Shown piece by piece: positions 29,340 through 38,656 of a DNA stretch of 40,000 bases. Below the pieces are notes generated by a model, which was not told where the DNA came from, did no database searches, and saw only the letters and a list, made by a program, of their open reading frames with translations. Position 1 is the stretch's first letter. Every line of letters starts with the position of its first letter. The stretch is taken from NCBI RefSeq assembly GCF_055378805.1, contig NZ_AP041107.1; one strand, given 5' to 3'. Made by a program: the position numbers and the translations under genes.

Positions 29340-30716
29340 TTATCGCATACAAATTCTCGTCAGTTGCTTTAGTTTCAAAATGTTGTCAATTATAACTCGA
29401 TGGCTTTCACTCGAAGTTTCTTTATAGTAGAGTTTCATGTTGCTTTTGAGCGGGTTAGGCACATACATATCTACACACTCTTTTATCACAACTGCTTTTC
29501 GTCTTCTGGGTTCGAGTTGTAGTGATTTGTCTATACAAATCCTTGCCTCTTCAATTCTTTCATTATGAAAATTGACAAGTGCTCTATAGTAGTAGAGAGA
29601 GGCTATATCAGTTGTGTGTATCTTAGCCTGTTCAAATAAGATATGAGATACTTTTGCTTGTCCAGACAGACCAGTTATCAGTCCCATAATAGCTAAAATT
29701 TTTCCATCGACATTGGTTATGTCTGATACATAATGTAAAAGCTCTAATGCTTTTTGAGCAGCAAGTTCAAGTTCATATTTTCCATGAAGTGCCAAAGACA
29801 TATGGCATTCCGCTAGCAGACAATAACATTCTGTTTTTAGCGTCTGTATATCACTTTTATTTTGTAATCCATCAAATATAGTCATAGCCCTGTAAATGCT
29901 TTCAGATGTAAACTCGTAAAGTTCTTTCTTACCAGCCAACAGTTCATCTGATAAATAATGATTCTTGTAACCTTGATCTGATTTAGCTAATCTTACAGAT
30001 CGCTCTGGATTATGTACCGTTTGAAGGATATTATCTATAATAAATTGTGATGTGTTATTTAGTTCATCAACAGGAAGATGATTACTGGCGATGAGGAAAA
30101 GATTTTTAGCGTCGATCAGTTCAATGTATAAAGTTTTCACCGCGTTATTCTGGTTTATTCTTCCTGTAACGAAATAATCTGGCTTGAATCTTCTCAAGAA
30201 TGAATTTTGCGATATGTGATCATTACAAAAATTTGTCGCAGCCATCGGATAGGTATAAAGGCCATCGATTTTTTTATTCGAAATGTTTTGCACTAATTCC
30301 TGATTAAGTATTAATGGATCCAGGGTATTCACTGAAGTGGTGAAAGGAAATATAGCTATGGAATAGTCTGAAGTGTTATCTTCATTTCTTTTAGTTTTGA
30401 AAACCTGTCCACTGAAACGATAACCTTTCCGGTAGATTGTTTCTATGCAACGATCATAGCCAATTTTTTCAAAAATGCAGCGCAAAGAATAGATACATCT
30501 TGTCAGGGACTCGTCACTTACAATAATATTTTTCCATACTGATTCGATGATCATATCTTTCAGGACAACATGACCAGCGGATTCAAGTAATACGATCAAT
30601 ACTCCTAACTCTTTCGGTGGAATATAAATCTGCTCATTTCCTTGAGTAAGAATTCCATCTTCCGTGAGCGTTAATCCCTCAAGAAAATGATATGAAAATT
30701 TATTTTCTAAGTCCAT
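29340..30716 (-). CDS. ygeH: HilA-like transcriptional regulator (OmpR/ToxR-type winged helix plus TPR-like C-terminal region)
   Basis: 458 aa. N-terminal wHTH (..[31 protein letters not shown]) followed by helical-repeat C-terminal two thirds. Its position next to the iagB homologue mirrors iagB-hilA. Confidence 0.85.
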   Translation of the reverse strand: MDLENKFSYHFLEGLTLTEDGILTQGNEQIYIPPKELGVLIVLLESAGHVVLKDMIIESVWKNIIVSDESLTRCIYSLRCIFEKIGYDRCIETIYRKGYRFSGQVFKTKRNEDNTSDYSIAIFPFTTSVNTLDPLILNQELVQNISNKKIDGLYTYPMAATNFCNDHISQNSFLRRFKPDYFVTGRINQNNAVKTLYIELIDAKNLFLIASNHLPVDELNNTSQFIIDNILQTVHNPERSVRLAKSDQGYKNHYLSDELLAGKKELYEFTSESIYRAMTIFDGLQNKSDIQTLKTECYCLLAECHMSLALHGKYELELAAQKALELLHYVSDITNVDGKILAIMGLITGLSGQAKVSHILFEQAKIHTTDIASLYYYRALVNFHNERIEEARICIDKSLQLEPRRRKAVVIKECVDMYVPNPLKSNMKLYYKETSSESHRVIIDNILKLKQLTRICMR

Positions 30717-30994
30717 TAGTTAACCTCTATGAAAAAATTGGTTTCTTGCATCCTGCATAAGCAATAGAAATTGTGGCTATTCATATTTATGTGTCATTAA
30801 TGCTATAGGAGTTTACATTCGACATATCTATGGTTGTGTTCACTAATTTATCTTAGGAATTCAGTGATGTAATCTGAAATAGCCTTATTCAATTTTGATA
30901 AAATAGATTGTTCTCTAACGCGTTGAAAAATAATAATTTATAGTGTGTTCTTAACTGTTTTAAGATGTTGATTTAAGAAAACATAAGAGAAGAT

Positions 30995-31022
30995 GGTCAT
31001 AGTGGTTAACTGCACTATAACC
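30995..31022 (-). terminator. candidate rho-independent terminator of ygeG
   Basis: On the minus strand, GGTTATAGTG-(CAGTTAAC)-CACTATGACC forms a 9/10-bp stem followed by ATCTTCTCTTATGTTTTCTT. It lies 29 nt after the ygeG stop. Confidence 0.5.
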
Positions 31023-31050
31023 AGCAATTTTAACCAAATGATTGTAATGC

Positions 31051-31542
31051 TTAGCCATTATCTTCTGAATTATCGGTTAAGAGTTCAATATATGCCTGCG
31101 CTTTGCTCTTAACACTTTCATCCTCACAATTGTTAATAATATGATAGAAACATTGCATTGCGTTATCGATATTTTTAGCCCCAATTTGACATTGACCCAT
31201 ACGATAAATAACTGAATAGTCATCATACGGGGAGTAATTGTAACTTAGTTTGTAAAGGTCATATGCTTGTTGATATTTCTTTTTTGACTGGCATACTGAT
31301 GCAAAACCTTTTAGATATTCATGATTTTCGAACGCATAAATGCACAGAAATTTATAATAAATTTCTGCGTCCGTTATATTACCTTTTTCATGGTAGTCGA
31401 AAGCATATGCATATATTCTATCAAGGATATCAGGAGTCAATCCATGTAGTAATGCCAGATTTTCTCCTTGTGATAATGCGTGTTTTAGTTGACTTGCCCA
31501 TTCATCACTGTTATTGAATATTTCAAGTGTATCTGTGTTCAT
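31051..31542 (-). CDS. ygeG: class II T3SS chaperone (TPR), SicA/IpgC/LcrH family
   Basis: 163 aa from the ATG at 31542 behind AGAGGA. Colinear by eye with SicA (FLCIYAFEN vs FLCIYDFYN; GQCQI vs GQCQL; EDESVKSKA vs EDESLRAKA). Confidence 0.9.
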   Translation of the reverse strand: MNTDTLEIFNNSDEWASQLKHALSQGENLALLHGLTPDILDRIYAYAFDYHEKGNITDAEIYYKFLCIYAFENHEYLKGFASVCQSKKKYQQAYDLYKLSYNYSPYDDYSVIYRMGQCQIGAKNIDNAMQCFYHIINNCEDESVKSKAQAYIELLTDNSEDNG

Positions 31543-31767
31543 AATATTCCTCTGTGATGTGTTTCGTGATGCTAAATTATTATTAATTGACTCATTATTT
31601 TTTTGCATTTATCTTTTTTGAATTATGAGTTTTAAGCTTGTATTGCTTATGGGTATATTGGTTCATTATTAGTAAAAATACTGACCACTATAAACCAATA
31701 ATGTCATTAGTTGTTTTGCTAATATTCACCTTATTAGTCATCTTATTTACGACATTTCATAAATGCC

Positions 31768-32259
31768 TTAATATGCATGACCTTGATTCATATTATCAAT
31801 TTCCATTTTTTCGATGAAAATTAAAAAGGGGATTTTTGCGAAGGGTAGTAAATCGTCTGGTTTTTTTTCTTTATTATGTCTGGTGACGAGGGGGGATAGA
31901 ACGTCGGTGCATATAGTAGAGAATTTATTCAGGTCTAAATTATTCTCTATTTTGGCCAGTTTTATGAGTTCATTTGTAGCCATACTCATTAAATCATCTG
32001 TTATCGGAAATTTATATATGCTCATAGCCGATAATATTGCTTGCTGAATTATTTCTTCAGAAATATCCGCTATCTTTATTGACAAATCATGTGTTAGATA
32101 TTTTCCTCCAAGAGATTCTTGTTCAATATAATTTAAACCAGACCTCATCGTAATTTTAACTGGATTCACGTATTTCTCTTCATTTTTCTTATTTTTGTTC
32201 TCCTGATCAGGAACTAATGGTTGCAGTGGTAGGCTATTATTAATATTTCGTGGCTTCAT
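31768..32259 (-). CDS. ygeF: hypothetical protein (163 aa), intact form of K-12 pseudogene ygeF
   Basis: Uninterrupted ORF directly upstream of ygeG on the same strand. No TM segments, signal peptide or recognisable domain. Confidence 0.55.
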   Translation of the reverse strand: MKPRNINNSLPLQPLVPDQENKNKKNEEKYVNPVKITMRSGLNYIEQESLGGKYLTHDLSIKIADISEEIIQQAILSAMSIYKFPITDDLMSMATNELIKLAKIENNLDLNKFSTICTDVLSPLVTRHNKEKKPDDLLPFAKIPFLIFIEKMEIDNMNQGHAY

Positions 32260-32688
32260 TTTACATTTCTCTCATTTGATTAGAGCAAAATCCGAATTCG
32301 CAGCTTCTGATAATGTCAAATATCACCTTTTCTCATGCTTTATTCTATCAAAAATCGCTCATTTTTACTTTTTTTACCATAATGTTACCTAGTAGCATCG
32401 GCAATTTACATAACTTACATGTTGTTTTTTATGTCCTGAAAAAACAGATAGATAGTGTGCACACTCGAAATGATATTGGTAACATAAATAGCTTTATTCG
32501 TGACAAACATCTCAAAAGATTTCCTTTATTATTTTCGAAATTCATTTGATCAAGGTTATCACCTTATGGAGACGTTACGTAGAATGACTATATTTGTTAT
32601 CGGCACATTAGGGGTATTAAATTTAGTATTGATGGAAGGTGATTATTGAACAGTAACATCGAGTCACGGTAAAAATGTGAGGTATATA

Positions 32689-33114
32689 ATGGACATTGAG
32701 TTTTCGCAGATTCATGAAATGGTCTATATGCATGATATTGTAAATTCGGACTCGAAAAAGAAACCAAGGATTCCGTTAAAAAAATTCCTTAATGCTGAGA
32801 AGGTTCTCACGCAAACAACATCATGGGCACTAAATTCAAGATATGTGAATGTTAATTCTGTCAGTAAAGTCAACGTAAAGAGTAAAGTTAAAAACAGTTA
32901 TATCTCACGATCTGTCAATGATGAGTTTAGTTTAACAGATGATGAAATCAATTCTTTTAAAGAAACGTTAGTCCTTTCCTCTATTGATTCTCTAAGTAAA
33001 CTGGTTCTTAATAATCCTCTTTCTGTATTGTTTACATCGACTGTACGAAGGAATAATAATAGAGCTAAGATGAATGTTGAGTTCGACTCATGGATTTGCA
33101 CCAGATGTTGTTGA
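32689..33114 (+). CDS. yqeK: hypothetical protein (141 aa)
   Basis: ORF starting [10 protein letters not shown]..., S/N/K-rich, with no TM or signal peptide. Its position and size match K-12 yqeK as I recall. The ORF-track start is 32677. Confidence 0.5.
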   Translation: MDIEFSQIHEMVYMHDIVNSDSKKKPRIPLKKFLNAEKVLTQTTSWALNSRYVNVNSVSKVNVKSKVKNSYISRSVNDEFSLTDDEINSFKETLVLSSIDSLSKLVLNNPLSVLFTSTVRRNNNRAKMNVEFDSWICTRCC

Positions 33115-33262
33115 TACATGATATTTTACATTGCAAGGTGATATCTAAAATGAAAGATGTTGATCAAAACTTTGATGCTTTATACTGGCATATACTACAA
33201 GCATATTTAATTTTATTGTTTTATGATTAACGAGGTTCCATCTTTTTGTTATCTATTTAAGT

Positions 33263-33745
33263 TTACCTTGCACAATGCATTATTGCTCTGTTACCAATAC
33301 TCAAAATAAAAGCATGCTTACCTTGCTTTAGTATATTATAGCTTACACTTTTTTCTGGAAAGACATAAAAATCAGGAATAAGTTCTGCAAGTCTATCATC
33401 ATCGACTTGATCCATGATCTCAAATTTATTAACTTTCTTTGATGTTAAATGGGCTGTGTCATAGTTTTCAATCCATGTGTATTCAATATTTCGCCGTATT
33501 GACTTACTTTCTCTGTTACCCTGTTGCCAGGTTCCGCTCAACGCAACAGTTCCTGTTTTATTTTTTTTGTTATACATAAAGTCGATGGTAAGATTTGCTC
33601 GCCCCTTGTCATTAAAAATTACCCAATTTGCAGTGCATGTTTCATTATATATCATTTTTTCTGCAGTATAAGAGTAAACAATGAAGAGAATAAACCCACT
33701 GATAAAAACTAAAATAAATAATAAGTTTTTTTTATAATCAATCAC
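33263..33745 (-). CDS. yqeJ: single-pass membrane protein with periplasmic domain (ToxS-like architecture)
   Basis: 160 aa from the second GTG (33745). N-terminal TM LLFILVFISGFILFIVYSY. 8-nt overlap with the yqeI 3' end. Confidence 0.65.
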   Translation of the reverse strand: MIDYKKNLLFILVFISGFILFIVYSYTAEKMIYNETCTANWVIFNDKGRANLTIDFMYNKKNKTGTVALSGTWQQGNRESKSIRRNIEYTWIENYDTAHLTSKKVNKFEIMDQVDDDRLAELIPDFYVFPEKSVSYNILKQGKHAFILSIGNRAIMHCAR

Positions 33746-34547
33746 GATTAACCTCACGGTAAGACAGGGTTAAACAGCCTGCCACTTCATGTTGGTTATA
33801 GTTTTTATTGCATGCCATAACAATCATCCCTGGTGAGGATTTTGCAAGAGGGAAGTATAACCACGGATATTTTTTACAGTTAATCCCCGAATCCAGTATC
33901 CGTGTCTTATATTTATCGAACTCTTTCAACCCATCAATTGTATCTTCTGTCACATTAAAATGGCAGCCATTAATTTCCGCAACAGTCTTGTAATCCTTGA
34001 AGAATGGCTTCGGTTGATTATTATTCCATAGCCAATGTGCAGAATATACGCCTATAGCAAATATGCTCAACATAATTAGATAACTTTTTATATGTTTGAG
34101 GATTTTGTTATTGAAATTGTTTGCGCCACTAATGCTCTCTTTGTACCCCGCATTACCTTTTACGGCAGGTGGGGCATTGTGTGTATGTGCGTCTGTTGAA
34201 GAGTTTATTGCATGATTTTGTATGTTAATGTCATTATGAATCTTGAATCCTCTTCTCGGCACGGTTGCAATAAGCGAGTGGGTGGTATCACCAACAGCGC
34301 GAAATCCGCGTCTGATAATGGATATGTTCTGATATAACGTGTTAGTTGGCACACGCATACCTTCTTCTTCCCAGACTCTGGTGAAAAAATCTTGTTGTGC
34401 AACCACATCAGGAAAAGCTTCAAGTAGAAGTGATAAACAACGACTGGCTGGCGTTGTCAGAACGACGTTAAGATCGGCGTTATGTACCGATATTAATTTT
34501 CGGTGCTCAGGCCAGAACTCGATATTATCGTTAATAATCCAGTACAT
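33738..34547 (-). CDS. yqeI: membrane-anchored ToxR/CadC-like winged-helix transcriptional activator
   Basis: 269 aa. N-terminal OmpR/ToxR-type wHTH (..TNTLYQNISIIRRGFRAVGDTTHSLIATVPRRGFKI), central TM (YLIMLSIFAIGVYSAHWLW) and a periplasmic C-terminal domain with 4 Cys. Confidence 0.8.
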   Translation of the reverse strand: MYWIINDNIEFWPEHRKLISVHNADLNVVLTTPASRCLSLLLEAFPDVVAQQDFFTRVWEEEGMRVPTNTLYQNISIIRRGFRAVGDTTHSLIATVPRRGFKIHNDINIQNHAINSSTDAHTHNAPPAVKGNAGYKESISGANNFNNKILKHIKSYLIMLSIFAIGVYSAHWLWNNNQPKPFFKDYKTVAEINGCHFNVTEDTIDGLKEFDKYKTRILDSGINCKKYPWLYFPLAKSSPGMIVMACNKNYNQHEVAGCLTLSYREVNRD

Positions 34548-34593
34548 ACGTCAATAGACACTAAATCAATCGAAATGGAAATCACATAGTTTG

Positions 34594-34597
34594 CTAA
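34594..34597. repeat. IS5 4-bp target duplication (left)
   Basis: CTAA abuts the IS5 end and is repeated at 35793-35796. It fits the IS5 YTAR target preference. Confidence 0.9.
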
Positions 34598-35792
<1,195 letters not shown>

Positions 35793-35796
35793 CTAA
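35793..35796. repeat. IS5 4-bp target duplication (right)
   Basis: CTAA immediately after the right IR. Confidence 0.9.
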
Positions 35797-36018
35797 GTAT
35801 ATTGGTATTTACGGCATAAATATATATTAATTTTATATTTATCATAATGATTGAAATGAGGCTTTAATGTCGCAACCTAAAACTTTACGTAAATTAACAT
35901 GATTAACATTTATGCCACTATTGTTTGTAAATTCATATTTCGTAATGCTTCTGAATTTTTCGTGTGATGGTTTTAAATACCATGTTGTTTACTCTTGGGG
36001 TTACTGCTTATTTGTAAA

Positions 36019-36046
36019 ATACGGGCATTTCAATAGATGCCCGTAT
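36019..36046 (-). terminator. rho-independent terminator of yqeH
   Basis: 10-bp perfect stem ATACGGGCAT / ATGCCCGTAT with an 8-nt loop. On the minus strand it is followed by TTTTACAAAT. It lies 34 nt after the yqeH stop. Confidence 0.7.
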
Positions 36047-36079
36047 AAGCAGAGTATGATTCTGGCAGATTATTGAGTA

Positions 36080-36712
36080 TCAATGTTGGACCGAATGTGA
36101 ACGAATAAATAACTCGTTTATTTTACCACCCATTCTCTTTTCGATTCGTTGCTTGTACGCGTAGATGCTACGGATATCCATATCCAGAACTTCAGCAATC
36201 TGATATGGATTATAACCAGAAACCATATACCCCATTATGGTGAATTCCATCTGAGTTAATGTGTTCCCTCTGGTAAATGATAAATAACGACCAATAAATA
36301 GTTGTCTGATCTTTTCGTTGGCAACATCAAGACCATCATCATTATATATGACAGCAGATATTGCAGAGTTGTGTTTTCGCCAGTAGTTAGCTAACGATTG
36401 CATATTTCGGTCGCTGACTAAAACAATCCCCATGTCAGTACTTGCAAGATAGTCAATCCAGTCTTTTTCAAGGAATAGACGTAAAAAACTTACTGAAAAA
36501 TCGACAAAAATATATCCGCTTAATCTCGCATTGTGGTTTTTTGTTAAAATACCTTCCACCACACCACGATTAAAATATGAACTTTCTTCGGGCCACATAC
36601 AAAAACACGAGTTTGCGCAATACTGCAAACGCGGTGACTCTTCTGGCATTATTTGGCAATGCATTGAGCAACTATTGCATGTAAGACTTTTATAACGACT
36701 ACAAAGCCCCAT
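36080..36712 (-). CDS. yqeH: LuxR-type HTH regulator with Cys-rich N-terminus
   Basis: 210 aa from MGLCSRYKSL... (ORF-track start 36772). C-terminal LuxR/GerE HTH (LTQMEFTIMGYMVSGYNPYQIAEVLDMDIRSIYAYKQRIEKRM). Confidence 0.8.
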   Translation of the reverse strand: MGLCSRYKSLTCNSCSMHCQIMPEESPRLQYCANSCFCMWPEESSYFNRGVVEGILTKNHNARLSGYIFVDFSVSFLRLFLEKDWIDYLASTDMGIVLVSDRNMQSLANYWRKHNSAISAVIYNDDGLDVANEKIRQLFIGRYLSFTRGNTLTQMEFTIMGYMVSGYNPYQIAEVLDMDIRSIYAYKQRIEKRMGGKINELFIRSHSVQH

Positions 36713-37003
36713 GTTAAGAACCTCCCTATCCGTATATAATTGCATAATTTCATTGGTTATTGATGATGTCAATACACCATGATTTTGTAAATTTGCTGGG
36801 AAAAATTGCGATTAATCTGAATTTGCTATAATTCTGAGTAAAGCATTTAAAAATGCATTTCTCGTTATTAAATATGATTATGTTTCACTGATTTAATCTT
36901 ACCTGGTTGATGGTGGTTCAGATAACTATCTCATGGTATGAGAATATCTATATCGCAAATTGTTTTTGAATGACCAGAAGATATCTTGCGAATCTAAGTT
37001 ATG

Positions 37004-37029
37004 CATCTTAAATAGTCTTATTTAAGATG
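37004..37029. other. perfect 11-bp inverted repeat (hairpin) in the yqeG-yqeH intergenic region
   Basis: CATCTTAAATA-(GTCT)-TATTTAAGATG. Function unknown; it could be an operator or a second terminator. Confidence 0.4.
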
Positions 37030-37130
37030 TTCAGATCTCTTTGTGTGTTTAACTAACTGATAATACTAGGATATGACGAGAGAAGTGATAGAGCGGAATT
37101 ATAACAAATGAACATTATGAAAACTGGAAT

Positions 37131-37157
37131 GGTTCAAAATTGTAGCAATTTTGAACC
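37131..37157 (-). terminator. rho-independent terminator of yqeG
   Basis: 11-bp perfect stem GGTTCAAAATT / AATTTTGAACC with loop GTAGC, 15 nt after the yqeG stop. On the minus strand it is followed by ATTCCAGTTTTC. Confidence 0.7.
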
Positions 37158-37171
37158 ATTCACAATGGATA

Positions 37172-38401
37172 TTAGCTAAAGAACATTACCGATACGCACA
37201 AGATACCCACGATCAGCGTAATCAGATTTCCGATGGAACGCCAGGGTTTAAGCGCCGGGATGAGATACGTTGACAGCGTAGGCATGATGAAAAGTATCAT
37301 GGCAATGAGCGGGCCGCTGATCGCGTAAATCATCGAAATCGCGTTCGGGTTAATGCAACAAACAATGAAGGTAATCAGCGATACCAACATAATTGATAGT
37401 GCGCGGTTAAATGCACGACTTTTCTTTACACCAACCTGCTGTAGTGTTGTTTTGACGACCTCTGTGGCACCTTCAATAACGCCAAAGTACGTACCCAGGA
37501 ATGATTTCGACATCGCAACTACTGCGACAATAATCCCGGAAATTGACAACCATGCTGGGGCGTTCGGCAGCATAGAAAGCGCCGATAAAATGGTAACCCC
37601 TTCTTCTTTAGCCGCTTCAATATACGAAGGTGGAATAGAAAGCAGGCAGCTAAAGACAAAGAACAGTACACTTATGCAGATGATGAGATAAGCGACTTTC
37701 ATAATTTTTTTGCATTTATCCATAGCATGTTCGCCATATTTTTCACGTCTGTCTATGGCAAACGTAGAAATAATGGGCGTATGGCTAAAGGCGAAAACCA
37801 TCACGGGAATCGATATCCATATCTGGTGAAGGGTATTCTGATTGAACTCTATCTGGGTAGTTAATAGATCAGGTTGCCAACTACCGACCAGGTAAATAGA
37901 AAGAAATAAGAAATAGGCAATCAATGGGAATACCAAAAATCCCATTACCCGAATAGTGGCATGGCGTCCCATCAGAAAAATGAGATTCAGGATTAATACA
38001 ACACCCAGACTCACCAACATACGGATGCGAAGATCAATAACCATATGCTTTGCCAGCTGTTCCGTAAGTGAGTTGGTAATTGCCACGGCATATATCAACA
38101 CGACGACAAAAAAGGCGATGAAGTACAGCGTGGTAATCAGATTACCAATCTTCTTGCCATAGTAGTGTGTTACCGCGCCCGTTATCCCTTCACCTGCTGA
38201 TGTTTTTGATGAGAGGATGAACTGGCATAAGGCTTTATGTGGCCAATATGTTAAAGGCCAGGCGACCAGAGCAGTAATAAACAGGACCACAGCCCCTGCC
38301 GAACCTAACTGAATAGGAAGGAAGAGCGTGCCTGCACCAACGGCTGTGCCGTAGAGCGCGAAACTCCACAGAGTTTCTTCTTTTGACCAAATATTAGACA
38401 T
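37172..38401 (-). CDS. yqeG: HAAAP-family (SdaC/TdcC-like) amino-acid transporter
   Basis: 409-aa polytopic membrane ORF (about 11 hydrophobic segments). N-terminus MSNIWSKEETLWSFALYGTAVGAGTLFLP is typical of the serine/threonine HAAAP permease family. GC is closer to the core genome. Confidence 0.85.
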   Translation of the reverse strand: MSNIWSKEETLWSFALYGTAVGAGTLFLPIQLGSAGAVVLFITALVAWPLTYWPHKALCQFILSSKTSAGEGITGAVTHYYGKKIGNLITTLYFIAFFVVVLIYAVAITNSLTEQLAKHMVIDLRIRMLVSLGVVLILNLIFLMGRHATIRVMGFLVFPLIAYFLFLSIYLVGSWQPDLLTTQIEFNQNTLHQIWISIPVMVFAFSHTPIISTFAIDRREKYGEHAMDKCKKIMKVAYLIICISVLFFVFSCLLSIPPSYIEAAKEEGVTILSALSMLPNAPAWLSISGIIVAVVAMSKSFLGTYFGVIEGATEVVKTTLQQVGVKKSRAFNRALSIMLVSLITFIVCCINPNAISMIYAISGPLIAMILFIMPTLSTYLIPALKPWRSIGNLITLIVGILCVSVMFFS

Positions 38402-38656
38402 TATCTGAACGTATCATCTACAAATTAAACAAATTGGAGGGCAATTTACCATAAACCAGGTTAAGTATGGGAGATTAACGCCCTTTCTACCTCTCTATTG
38501 GTGGGTTAGTGGTTGCAAACCTTACGTGCCAGTTATGTCTCTGACTGCTGGTCAGGCGTATTCCCTTTGTGATAAAAATCACTTTTTTTTAAACAATTAA
38601 GATAACTGTAATTAACAATCATTTACTATTGCACTGTTAATTGGTGCGAGGTTGTG

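Noticed and set aside
32313-32549. 78-aa ORF in the ygeF-yqeK divergent intergenic region.
   Set aside because: It has no Shine-Dalgarno sequence, its composition is typical of translated AT-rich non-coding DNA (F/I/K/N-rich), and it sits where two divergent promoters are expected.
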